Assembly: GCA_964610055.1 (NCBI GenBank)
Contig: CAZSUC010000001.1
Location: 70,021 to 134,020, forward strand
DNA from: an uncultured Candidatus Saccharibacteria bacterium
GTDB taxonomy: Bacteria > Patescibacteriota > Andersenbacteria > UBA10190
Length of the DNA stretch: 64,000 bases
Reading direction: 5' to 3'
Each line of letters opens with the position of its first letter. Positions within the stretch are counted from its first letter, which is position 1. Under the pieces are notes generated by a model that saw nothing but the letters and a program-made list of their open reading frames with translations, was not told the DNA's origin and did no database searches. Positions 10,635 to 19,995 of this stretch are shown piece by piece. Position numbers and translations under genes: made by a program.

Positions 10635-10862
10635 ACCCCTTACTATACCATACATTAGCCGAACAACGCATAAAGACACTTGACAAAATACAGTCAATCA
10701 CTTAAGATATTATGTTCTTCTTTTAACAACTGTAGACATTGCTTTTGTGGGGTATATGTCCAGATCGGATTGTGGTGGTGCCTAGCACGACCCTTTTCCT
10801 CGACACTTACCTTCTCGTGTCTACAGTTGTTTTTAGGAGAATAAAACCGGCATAATTCATCT

Positions 10863-11555
10863 ATGCCCCTACCACGCCACCCCCTTGCTTCCAGTTTTTT
10901 ATTTACCCTGGCTTTATTACTAATTCCAGCCAGCATTTACTTAGAAAAATTCCTCCCCAATACTTGGGATTCTCCTTTATTTCACCCTGCGTATTTAAAC
11001 GAATCTTCTTTTCACACTCCTACTCACACCGACGGAACTTATCTCCCCCCCCTTATTGATCAAGATACTGTCCTAACTCCCGATCAAAACCCTGTCCTTT
11101 TACCCCGCACCACCACAGTAACTTCTAATGCAACACTCACTATCCAAGCCGGTACCGAGATTTACACCAACGAATTCAGCTCTTTAATTATTGCCGGCAC
11201 CCTAAATATAACTGGACAAGAAAATCAATCAGTCCTTTTCACCACCAACGAAACACACTCTGATAATCAAACCTGGAATGGAATTATTTTATTACCTAGC
11301 AGTAAAAGCTATATCGATTTTACCCATATCACCCATGGAGTTCCCGCCCTTACCTGCGAATCAGGTAGCTCTGCTTTTATTGATCACTCTTCTCTATCCT
11401 CCCCTGTTCTTTCTGTTTTCTCGTCTTCCTCCAACTGCTATATTACGAATTCTCGATTAATCAGTGCTCGCGACGGTATGCATATTATCAACTCCCATCC
11501 CACTCTAACCAATATTACCTATTCTATTGCGAAAAAAGCCGTAGTCGAGTATTAA
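10863..11555 (+). CDS. hypothetical secreted/membrane-anchored protein, possible beta-helix repeats
   Basis: Hydrophobic N-terminus, Thr/Ser/Asn-rich, repeated TIQAGTEI / LNITGQEN-type segments. No family recognised. Confidence 0.35.
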   Translation: MPLPRHPLASSFLFTLALLLIPASIYLEKFLPNTWDSPLFHPAYLNESSFHTPTHTDGTYLPPLIDQDTVLTPDQNPVLLPRTTTVTSNATLTIQAGTEIYTNEFSSLIIAGTLNITGQENQSVLFTTNETHSDNQTWNGIILLPSSKSYIDFTHITHGVPALTCESGSSAFIDHSSLSSPVLSVFSSSSNCYITNSRLISARDGMHIINSHPTLTNITYSIAKKAVVEY

Positions 11556-11564
11556 TATCCTACT

Positions 11565-12281
11565 ATGTCCGGACATTCAAAATGGCATCGCATTAAACAT
11601 CAAAAAGCCAAAACCGATAGCCAACGCAGCAAGCTTTTTGGTCGTCTAAGTCGTGAAATCAGAGTCGCCGCTCAAGCTGGCAGCAAAGACCCAGATCTCA
11701 ACGCGGCTTTACGAGAAGCAATCGAACGAGCTAAAAAATTTAATCTTCCCCAAACTAATATTGATCGACTTCTTAATAAGGACGCTGCCAGTCTTTCTAC
11801 TGTTACTTATGAAGGCTATGGTCCCAACGGAGTTGCTATTCTTATTGAAGCCACAACCGACAATACCAACCGAACCGTTTCGGAAATGCGCACCATATTT
11901 AAACAACATGGCGGCAGTTTAGGCGAGCCAGGTAGTGTGCGCTGGAAATTCTCCCCTTCCCTCCACCTTACAGCTCACCTCCAATCGTTAATCTCTCCCG
12001 AAGAAATCGAATTAGAATTAATTGACGCGGGTGCCGATGACATTAACTACGAAAATCCAGTTTTATCTATCACCAGTGCGCCTACCACAGAAAATAATCT
12101 ACTTCCCATTTTAACTAAATATAACGCCACTGACGTTTTCATCGAACAAACTCTTGTCGTACCAACTAATCAAAAAATTTCACTAACTCCATCCGACCAA
12201 GCTAAATTATTACAACTACTTGATGCTATTAGCGATCAAGACGATGTTGAAGTTGTTTATCATGATGCACAGTTGAATTAA
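11565..12281 (+). CDS. yebC: YebC/PmpR family DNA-binding regulator
   Basis: N-terminal MSGHSKWHRIKHQKA and AAQAGSKDPDLNAALR are family signatures. Confidence 0.9.
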   Translation: MSGHSKWHRIKHQKAKTDSQRSKLFGRLSREIRVAAQAGSKDPDLNAALREAIERAKKFNLPQTNIDRLLNKDAASLSTVTYEGYGPNGVAILIEATTDNTNRTVSEMRTIFKQHGGSLGEPGSVRWKFSPSLHLTAHLQSLISPEEIELELIDAGADDINYENPVLSITSAPTTENNLLPILTKYNATDVFIEQTLVVPTNQKISLTPSDQAKLLQLLDAISDQDDVEVVYHDAQLN

Positions 12282-12338
12282 ATAAAGTATTGACTTTTAT
12301 ATTTCGCCAGTACATAACAACTACGGTACAATTTACTT

Positions 12339-12833
12339 ATGATTATCCTTGGTCTTGATCCTGGTATTGCGCGCACTGGTTTCGGAATTATCCGCGCCCA
12401 TCAATCACCCGACTTTCTTCGTTGTGGTTGCCTTACCACCACTCCTAATGAACCCACGGCTGATCGTCTCTTTCGTCTTGGCCAAGACCTAACTAAACTT
12501 ATTCAACAATTTCATCCTGACCAGGCTGTTATTGAAACTGTGTTCTTTGGTAAAAATGCTAAAACTGCCATGCTTACTGCTGAGACCCGAGGCACTTTAA
12601 TTTATGTCCTTCGCCAACACCATATTCCTGTTTTTAATTTAACTCCCCTACAAATTAAATCGCGCTTAACCGGTTACGGCTCCGCTTCTAAACAACAAAT
12701 TCAAAGCATGGTTGTTAAGCGCTTAAGCTTAACCAACGCCCCTCAACCAGACGATGCCGCTGATGGACTGGCGGCCGCTCTTTGTTTAGCTGAAGAGCCC
12801 CTTTCTTTTGCCCCACTCTATTCTTTTTCATAA
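12339..12833 (+). CDS. ruvC: crossover junction endodeoxyribonuclease RuvC
   Basis: MIILGLDPGIARTGFGII start with RNase H-like catalytic Asp; 164 aa. Confidence 0.85.
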   Translation: MIILGLDPGIARTGFGIIRAHQSPDFLRCGCLTTTPNEPTADRLFRLGQDLTKLIQQFHPDQAVIETVFFGKNAKTAMLTAETRGTLIYVLRQHHIPVFNLTPLQIKSRLTGYGSASKQQIQSMVVKRLSLTNAPQPDDAADGLAAALCLAEEPLSFAPLYSFS

Positions 12834-12837
12834 TCAT

Positions 12838-14400
12838 ATGCACTTTACTAAAACATTTACATTAATCTTTTTAACGCTTTTATTTGCGACTGCTTTCCCT
12901 ATTATCTCTCTTGCTCAAACTGCCATCCCCGATCCTGAAAACGCAGAAAACCCAACCGTCACCGCTAATGCTGGCCCGGATCGCAAAACTCTAGTCAATA
13001 AAAAAATATCTTTCGACGCCACTGAATCAGAAATTTCAAACGAAACCGAACTTCAAGAAACCCTCTGGAATTTTGGTGACGGCACTCGAGTTACTGGCGA
13101 AAAAGTCACACATGCCTATATTCGCCCTGGTACTTATACTGTCAAACTAACCCTCACCACCTCCTCGGGGAGCTATGAAGACACTGCCACTGTTGAAGTT
13201 TTTAACCGAGTCATGATTCTTTTAGCAGATGACAACGTCTCAGATGATCAAATTAATCTTTTCCAACAACAAGCCGCTGAAGAGGACTTGCTCTTGCTCT
13301 CGCTTAAATCCAAAAGCAGCGGACCAGAAGCTGTTATTGAAGAAGAATTAACCCAGCAACTAATTGCTGCTCGTGAAGATTTTAGTCAGGCCGAACTTAT
13401 TGTTAGCTGGACCACTGGTAGTGTTGGCGCTAATGTTTTATCCAAATTTGCTCAACACATCAAACAAGCTGACGAACTTTCATTTAAAGATTTAAACCTG
13501 GAAAACAAAGGATTAATTATTCTTTCCGACACACCTTTTCCAGTTATCTCCCCAACCGCTCAAAACACTTACGACCAACTCAATCCCCAATACGTTCTCT
13601 TAACTCGTCCCGACGCTTTTTCTCTTTTTTTCTCCGCCCAAACTCCGGATGAAGCTCGAGAAAATGTTATGTCTGCTCACATCGAGCACCGAGTCTTAGG
13701 AGCATTCTCTAGTCGCACTACCAGCGGGCTTACCGCTACCAACTTCATGTCTTTTGGTGTTAGCTATCTAGTTAACAACGGTATTCCTATTAACAACATC
13801 CTTCTTATCTTGCTCATTCCTGTTATCGCCACTATTCTTGCTTTTGCTCGGCAAGTTATCGGACTCAAGGCTTTTGGTTTAGTCACCCCCGCTATTACCA
13901 CCCTCGCCTTTCTTGTTATGGGATTAAAAGTTGGTCTCACTGTTTTCTTAGTTGTCTTACTGTCCGGCACTATTACTCGCTTTATTTTGCGCCGCTTTCA
14001 TCTTCTTTATCTGCCGCGCATGGCTCTAGTTCTAACAACCGCCAGCCTCGCTATTCTACTCATGTTTGGTGCTTATGCTTCCACTAGCGACATGACTTCT
14101 GTTTCTTTCTCTATTTTCCCCATCTTGATTCTTATTATCCTGGCTGAAGAATTTATCGCAGTTCAGTTTAGTCGCGGCTTACGAACCGCTATGCGCATCA
14201 CTGCCTGGACTTTAATCCTGTCTATCGTTTCGTATTACATTGTAAGTTGGGAAATTCTCCGCACCTTCCTCTTGTCCTACCCTGAAGTTATTCTATTAAG
14301 CTTCCCTGTTAACATCTTACTCGGCCGCTTTAGCGGACTACGTTTAGTTGAATATGTTCGCTTCCGAGAATTATTACGCTATGTCCCTCCTGCCGAGTAA
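12838..14400 (+). CDS. membrane protein with signal peptide, extracellular PKD domain and a C-terminal 6-7 helix TM module (7TM-type)
   Basis: Likely start MHFTKTF (signal peptide ending SLA/QT). PKD-like NFGDGTRVTGEKVTHAYIRPGTYTVKLTLTTSSG. The C-terminal 200 aa is almost entirely hydrophobic helices. Confidence 0.55.
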   Translation: MHFTKTFTLIFLTLLFATAFPIISLAQTAIPDPENAENPTVTANAGPDRKTLVNKKISFDATESEISNETELQETLWNFGDGTRVTGEKVTHAYIRPGTYTVKLTLTTSSGSYEDTATVEVFNRVMILLADDNVSDDQINLFQQQAAEEDLLLLSLKSKSSGPEAVIEEELTQQLIAAREDFSQAELIVSWTTGSVGANVLSKFAQHIKQADELSFKDLNLENKGLIILSDTPFPVISPTAQNTYDQLNPQYVLLTRPDAFSLFFSAQTPDEARENVMSAHIEHRVLGAFSSRTTSGLTATNFMSFGVSYLVNNGIPINNILLILLIPVIATILAFARQVIGLKAFGLVTPAITTLAFLVMGLKVGLTVFLVVLLSGTITRFILRRFHLLYLPRMALVLTTASLAILLMFGAYASTSDMTSVSFSIFPILILIILAEEFIAVQFSRGLRTAMRITAWTLILSIVSYYIVSWEILRTFLLSYPEVILLSFPVNILLGRFSGLRLVEYVRFRELLRYVPPAE

Positions 14401-15703
14401 AAACCAAACCGATATTCTTGGTTTAAACGCCCGCACACTTCAATACATTCGTCGGGCTAATTCCGGTGCCGCCACTCGGCTCGCCAACAATAAACTTGCT
14501 ACTAAAAAAGCTCTTCAAAAAGCCGGCATTGGCACACCACGACTGTTCGCCCGCATTGCCTCTCGCCAAGAATTAAGTCGTTTCCGCTGGACTAAACTCC
14601 CCTCTTCTTTTGTCCTAAAACCCAATTCTTCTTCCGGCGGCAGCGGTATTATTGTTATCTTTGGTCGTAACAAAAAAGGTAACTGGGTCAAAGCTGATCG
14701 CACCGAGATCCTTATCCCACAACTACGTAATCATGTCATGGATATTTTGGACGGTAATTTTTCAGCTAGCAATATTCCCGACGTTTCTTTTTTTGAACAG
14801 CGAGTTAAATTACACAGCTCCCTTAAACCATATTGCGTCCGCGGTGTACCGGACGTTCGCGTTCTTGTTTACAATCTCGTCCCCGTTATGGCCATGTTAC
14901 GTTTACCCACCGAAGAATCAGGCGGCAGAGCCAATCTACACGCTGGCGGCATTGGAGTTGGAATTGATTTAATCAATGGTTATGCCACAACCGCTATTCA
15001 TCGCGGCCGCATTATTGAGAATTTACCAGACAAACGTCTGAGCTTTAGCAGCCTCCGCATCCCCAACTGGAATGAGATTTTACTTATTGCCAGCCGCGCT
15101 GCCCGTGCCACCAATCTTAATTACGTTGGAGTCGATATTGCCATTGATCGCGATGATGGCCCACTTGTCCTTGAAATCAATGCTCGCCCCGGCCTCGATA
15201 TTCAGTTCGCAAATATGACCCCACTTAAAAATCGTCTCCGTCGCATTGAAGGTTTGCGTATCAAAGGCCCCGAAAAAGGCGTCCAATTAGCTAAAACGCT
15301 TTTTGGCGAAGACATTCTCCAGGAAATTGAGGATATTTCCGGTCGCCTTGTTCTTGGTATTGAAGAAACAGTCACTTTAATTGACTCTCAAGGTCAACCT
15401 CACCCCTTGCGCGCCAAAATCGATACAGGAGCTTATCGCACCACAATTGATGAGTCGTTAGCCACAAAATATGGCTTACATACCCCTATTCTTAAACACC
15501 AACACGTTCGTGCTGCTCTCGGGGCTAGCATTAGACCGGTTGTTGAAATATCATTTTTATTACAGAATCGCCTAGTTAAAACAGAAGCTTTTATCACCGA
15601 TCGGTCTCACATGAACTATGATGCTATTATCGGTCGCCGTGATTTAAAAGGTTTTCTAGTCGATCCAACTAAACCTGAAAAATTTATTCAAAATATTAAA
15701 TGA
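14354..15703 (+). CDS. RimK-like ATP-grasp ligase fused to a C-terminal retropepsin-like (putative ATP-dependent zinc protease/DUF785-type) domain
   Basis: ATP-grasp features (VLKPNSSSGGSGIIV, ...ANLHAGGIGVGID..., LEINARPGL). The C-terminal roughly 120 aa carry DTGA (KIDTGAYRTTIDE), a retropepsin-type motif. The start is ambiguous (14348 TTG, 14354 ATG or 14381 ATG). Confidence 0.6.
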   Translation: MFASENYYAMSLLPSKNQTDILGLNARTLQYIRRANSGAATRLANNKLATKKALQKAGIGTPRLFARIASRQELSRFRWTKLPSSFVLKPNSSSGGSGIIVIFGRNKKGNWVKADRTEILIPQLRNHVMDILDGNFSASNIPDVSFFEQRVKLHSSLKPYCVRGVPDVRVLVYNLVPVMAMLRLPTEESGGRANLHAGGIGVGIDLINGYATTAIHRGRIIENLPDKRLSFSSLRIPNWNEILLIASRAARATNLNYVGVDIAIDRDDGPLVLEINARPGLDIQFANMTPLKNRLRRIEGLRIKGPEKGVQLAKTLFGEDILQEIEDISGRLVLGIEETVTLIDSQGQPHPLRAKIDTGAYRTTIDESLATKYGLHTPILKHQHVRAALGASIRPVVEISFLLQNRLVKTEAFITDRSHMNYDAIIGRRDLKGFLVDPTKPEKFIQNIK

Positions 15704-15772
15704 AGTCTCTCTCTTTGCAGAAAACCGGCAATATGCTAATAGTTTTATGCTTGTTAGATTATAAAGAAACAT

Positions 15773-18610
15773 ATGGCCCAACGTCGTTTCTCTCGCCATC
15801 AAAACGTTCGCTCTCGATTAAAGATTAAATCCAAGCGCCCCACCACTCGCTTGATTCTTGGCGTTGCTTTTATTACTGGTAGCCTCTTTTTTCTAGTTAG
15901 CGCAGCCGTTGTTCTTTGGTGGAGTAAAGATTTACCCAATCCACAAAACATTGCCTCTCATCGCATCTCTGAATCAACTAAAATATACGATCGTACCGGT
16001 GAACACATTCTTTATGAGATTGGCGACATTCATCGCACCACCATCACCCTTGACCAAATGTCACGCTACATTCGCCAAGCCACTATTGCCGCCGAAGATA
16101 GTCAGTTTTACGAACATCATGGCCTTGATTTTAAAGGCATTATTCGCGGCGTTATTCTTAAACCTTTAACCGGTCGTCGCGCTCAAGGCGGATCCACTAT
16201 TACTCAACAGCTTATTAAAAATGCTCTTTTATCATCCGAGCGCACCATTCAACGTAAAGCCAAAGAAGCTGTTCTTGCTCTTGAACTAGAGCAACGTTTC
16301 AGTAAAGACGAAATTTTAGAAATGTACCTTAATGACATTCCCTACGGCGGACAAACTTACGGTATTGAAGCAGCTTCTAAGACTTTCTTCAATAAATCAG
16401 CCGCGGATTTATCTCTCGCTGAAGCAAGCTACCTCGCTGCTCTCCCTCAATCGCCTTCTTACTACTCTCCTTACGGGTCTCATTTTGAGGACTTAAAAGC
16501 TCGTCAAGAATATATCTTAGATCGCATGGCCAACCTCGACATGATTACAGAAGAACAGGCCAATTCCGCAACTAACGAAGAAGTGTCTTTTCAACCACGC
16601 CAAGAATCTATCACGGCGCCACATTTCGTTTTTTATGTGAAAGAATTACTTGAAGAAGAATACGGTGAGCGCCTAATTGAACAAGGAGGACTTGATATTA
16701 TTACTACCCTCGACCTAGACCTGCAAAAAGACGCCGAGGAAGCCTTAAAAACCCAAAAAGACACTTTAAACAGTCTTGGTGCGTCTAACGCTGCTCTTGC
16801 CGCCATTGATCCACGTACCGGTGATATTTTAGCCATGGCTGGATCAATTGATTACTTCGACGAAAGTATCGACGGCAATGTTAACGTCACTATCCGTCAC
16901 CGCTCCCCCGGATCATCAATCAAGCCCTTTGTTTATGCCTCTGCTTTTACTAAAGGCTTAACTCCTGACACTATTTTAGTCGACGCTGAAACTAATTTTG
17001 GCCAGGACTATATTCCTAAAAACTACGACTTATCCGAACATGGACCTGTTAGTATCCGCACCGCCTTAGCTAATTCACTAAACATCCCAGCTGTAAAGGC
17101 TCTTTATTTAGCCGGCGTTAAAGAGGCCACTGAACTCGCTCGCAATATGGGCATGACTTCTTTAACTGATCCTGACCGATACGGTTTATCATTAGTTCTT
17201 GGGGGCGGAGATGTTCGTTTACTTGATGAAGTCTCTGCCTACGGAGTTTTTGCTAATGACGGCACCCATTACGACCACCGTGCTATTCTAAAAGTCTCCT
17301 CAAAAGAAGAAACCCTAATTGACGTTACTGATGAATCCCCTCAAGGCGAGCAAGTTTTAGATCCTCAGATTGCTCGCGAAATTACCGATATCCTCTCTGA
17401 TAATAACGCCCGTGCTCTAACTTTTGGCTTGTCTAGTTCTCTCCAACTCGGCAGTCGCCCCGTAGCGGCCAAAACCGGCACCACCCAAGAATATCGCGAT
17501 GGTTGGACCATGGGATACACTCCTTCTTTAGTTGCCGGCGTCTGGGTTGGGAATAACGACTATACCCCTATGAAAGACAGCTCTGCCGGAGCTCGTACCG
17601 CTGCTCCTGTTTGGAACAAATTTATGCGTTTAGCCTTAGAAAACCAACCAATTGAGCAATTTGTGGAGCCAGATCCTATCGAAAACATTCCGCATGCTAT
17701 CTTACGAGGAGAATTACCTGAAATAAAAGTTAAATGGGAAGAAGAAACTCAAACCGCTTATACTATTGACTGCCCTGTTGCGGTTGGAGAAACCAGAACC
17801 TTTAAAGAATTGCACAGCATCCTCTTTTACATTAATCGCAACAACCCCCTGGGAGACCCTCCTGCCGAAGCTGAAAATGACTCTCAATTCGCTAACTGGG
17901 AAGAAGGAGTCGCTAAATGGCGCACTAAACATAACGAGGAAAACAAAGACAATCCTGACGAAATTCAATACACCTCTTCTCTACCAGAACCAACTTGTAA
18001 CCTAACTAACAGCGACGATATTCCCAAAGTGACCATTACCGAACCCAACACTACCATTCTTCATGACAGCCCCGTCACCGTTAAAGCTGAAGTAGAATCA
18101 AATCAATCCATTCAAGAAGTTCGATTTCTTTTAGATGGCGAAGAAATCGCTCGCCGTACTTCCGAACAGCCTTACACTGCCAGTTTTTCTTTCGCTCAAA
18201 ATTTCTCCGGCAGAAAGACGCTGGAAATATTAGCAATTACCACCGAAAAACTTATTGGCCGCGCTCACCGCACTTTTATCATCAACCCCGACGACTCTCC
18301 TCCTAGCGTTACTTTTCACACCCCTAAAGATGGAGAAAACCTCTCTTCTCCTAATTTCCCATACACCATTAAAGTTACAGCTACGGACCCCAGCGGAATT
18401 GAACTAGTCGATGTTTTATACCGCAAACAAGGCGAAACGTCCTCACATCGTATTGGTCAAACATCCGCCGTTGCCGCTACCGCTCCTAATCGTTATGAGG
18501 TCACTTGGTCAGATCCTCCTGGTACGGGCAATTTTGAAATATACCTTCGCGTTTACGATAAGACCGGAAACTTTGTCGAAACAAACGCTCATACTGTCTC
18601 GATTAATTAA
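15773..18610 (+). CDS. class A penicillin-binding protein (PBP1A-type transglycosylase/transpeptidase) with a roughly 250 aa C-terminal beta-rich extension
   Basis: GT51 motifs (EDSQFYEHHGLD, GGSTITQQL), transpeptidase SxxK (SPGSSIKPF) and KTGT; N-terminal TM anchor. Confidence 0.9.
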   Translation: MAQRRFSRHQNVRSRLKIKSKRPTTRLILGVAFITGSLFFLVSAAVVLWWSKDLPNPQNIASHRISESTKIYDRTGEHILYEIGDIHRTTITLDQMSRYIRQATIAAEDSQFYEHHGLDFKGIIRGVILKPLTGRRAQGGSTITQQLIKNALLSSERTIQRKAKEAVLALELEQRFSKDEILEMYLNDIPYGGQTYGIEAASKTFFNKSAADLSLAEASYLAALPQSPSYYSPYGSHFEDLKARQEYILDRMANLDMITEEQANSATNEEVSFQPRQESITAPHFVFYVKELLEEEYGERLIEQGGLDIITTLDLDLQKDAEEALKTQKDTLNSLGASNAALAAIDPRTGDILAMAGSIDYFDESIDGNVNVTIRHRSPGSSIKPFVYASAFTKGLTPDTILVDAETNFGQDYIPKNYDLSEHGPVSIRTALANSLNIPAVKALYLAGVKEATELARNMGMTSLTDPDRYGLSLVLGGGDVRLLDEVSAYGVFANDGTHYDHRAILKVSSKEETLIDVTDESPQGEQVLDPQIAREITDILSDNNARALTFGLSSSLQLGSRPVAAKTGTTQEYRDGWTMGYTPSLVAGVWVGNNDYTPMKDSSAGARTAAPVWNKFMRLALENQPIEQFVEPDPIENIPHAILRGELPEIKVKWEEETQTAYTIDCPVAVGETRTFKELHSILFYINRNNPLGDPPAEAENDSQFANWEEGVAKWRTKHNEENKDNPDEIQYTSSLPEPTCNLTNSDDIPKVTITEPNTTILHDSPVTVKAEVESNQSIQEVRFLLDGEEIARRTSEQPYTASFSFAQNFSGRKTLEILAITTEKLIGRAHRTFIINPDDSPPSVTFHTPKDGENLSSPNFPYTIKVTATDPSGIELVDVLYRKQGETSSHRIGQTSAVAATAPNRYEVTWSDPPGTGNFEIYLRVYDKTGNFVETNAHTVSIN

Positions 18611-18882
18611 CCTTCCATTTTTACTACAATTTTATTTAGCTTATATTTAGCCATTTTTTGCAAGTGGGATTTTATTTCAAATTCCAATAAATATACTTCT
18701 TGTCGATTAGCGCTTGATCCTACTCTAACCCGAGCTACTCCTTTTTTAATTTCGTCACAATACACCGCCTGAACCAATAATCTTTCTCTTAAAAAATCCT
18801 GCACCAGTATTCGTAAATCACTTTCTTCCCATATTTTTGGTTTCTCGCTGCTTAAAAATACGTTTTTTATTGGCTCAAACAT
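18607..18882 (-). CDS. DUF721/DciA-like small protein downstream of recF
   Basis: 91 aa. Segment GVARVRVGSSANRQEVYLLEFEIKSHL resembles the DUF721 core (L-v-v-ss-wa-eL). Synteny with dnaA-dnaN-recF. Confidence 0.4.
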   Translation of the reverse strand: MFEPIKNVFLSSEKPKIWEESDLRILVQDFLRERLLVQAVYCDEIKKGVARVRVGSSANRQEVYLLEFEIKSHLQKMAKYKLNKIVVKMEG

Positions 18883-19975
18883 CCTGACTAACCATAATTT
18901 TATTATTATTTACCTCAATTCCAATCTTTCTTAAATCTAACACATGCGCATTATTTCTTTGTTGTAAGACTGACGGAACCTTTGTACAGGTTAAAAATGT
19001 TTGTGCGTTCGGTAAGTTTAATAACAATAAATCCTGATGCTTCTCGTCTAACTCGCTCAAAACTTCATCCAATAAAATTACTGGCCTTTCTCTTGTTATT
19101 TGATAAATATATTGGTGAGCAATTAACTTCAATGCAATAACCAAACTACGCATCTGTCCTTGAGACAATATCGCCGCCACAGGTTTATTGTCTATTATTA
19201 TTTCCAAGTCATCACGATGCGGACCATACATTGTATAACCATATTTGCTCTCATATCTAAAAGATTTTTTTAATTCCTCTAACAATTGCTTTGAATCAGA
19301 GCAACTAGCTATTAAATTACATTGAAAATCCAATTTTTCCCCCGAAATACTTTCAAAAACACTATTTAAGCGAGTTTGTGTAAAATCAATAAAACTACGT
19401 CGCTGTTGCCAAACATCTTCCGCGTAATCAGCTAGCACTTGCGACCATACTTCTAATTCAGAGTATCCTGATACCTTTTTTAAAATAGAATTTCTTTGCT
19501 TTAACGCTCTTTGATATTGAACTAAAGCTGATACATACGTCGGAGCGCTTACTAAAATACTATTTAAAAAGTTTCGCCGCTGCGCTGGCCCACGAGTAAA
19601 TATAAAAGTATCCTCTGGTAAAAAAACTACCAACGGATATCGACTAAAAAAAGTAACCAGAGATGCTGGTTGCCCATTTTCTTCTATTCTTAATTTCTTT
19701 GTTGATACTTGATAACGAACACCTAAAACAGCTTCTTCTTGCCCTTTAACCACTACCCCACCTACTCCTACATAATCCTCACCCCACCGCGCACACTCAT
19801 TTACACTTGCTCGAAAAGACTTCCCTCTTAACAGAAAAGCCAGTGCCTCTAAAAAATTAGTTTTCCCTGAAGCGTTCGGAGCTGCTGCTACCAACAAAGC
19901 GTTCCCTGGTAAATCTATCTCATCTACCTGGGTAAAATTACGGAAATTATACAGTGATATTTTGTTTAGATTCAT
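18875..19975 (-). CDS. recF: DNA replication and repair protein RecF
   Basis: N-terminal Walker A APNASGKTN; SMC-like C-terminal LLDEVLSELD; 366 aa. Confidence 0.9.
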   Translation of the reverse strand: MNLNKISLYNFRNFTQVDEIDLPGNALLVAAAPNASGKTNFLEALAFLLRGKSFRASVNECARWGEDYVGVGGVVVKGQEEAVLGVRYQVSTKKLRIEENGQPASLVTFFSRYPLVVFLPEDTFIFTRGPAQRRNFLNSILVSAPTYVSALVQYQRALKQRNSILKKVSGYSELEVWSQVLADYAEDVWQQRRSFIDFTQTRLNSVFESISGEKLDFQCNLIASCSDSKQLLEELKKSFRYESKYGYTMYGPHRDDLEIIIDNKPVAAILSQGQMRSLVIALKLIAHQYIYQITRERPVILLDEVLSELDEKHQDLLLLNLPNAQTFLTCTKVPSVLQQRNNAHVLDLRKIGIEVNNNKIMVSQDV

Positions 19976-19995
19976 ATTCCCCCTTAATCGTACCC

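Noticed and set aside
10694-10936. 80-aa minus-strand ORF spanning the ruvB upstream region
   Set aside because: It sits in the divergent promoter/inverted-repeat region, is Arg/Lys/His-rich low complexity, and overlaps the start of the 10863 gene. It is probably non-coding.
12282-12338. Candidate TTGACT / TACAAT promoter between yebC and ruvC
   Set aside because: The spacing between the hexamers is about 30 nt, far from the 16-18 optimum, so it is not reported as a promoter.
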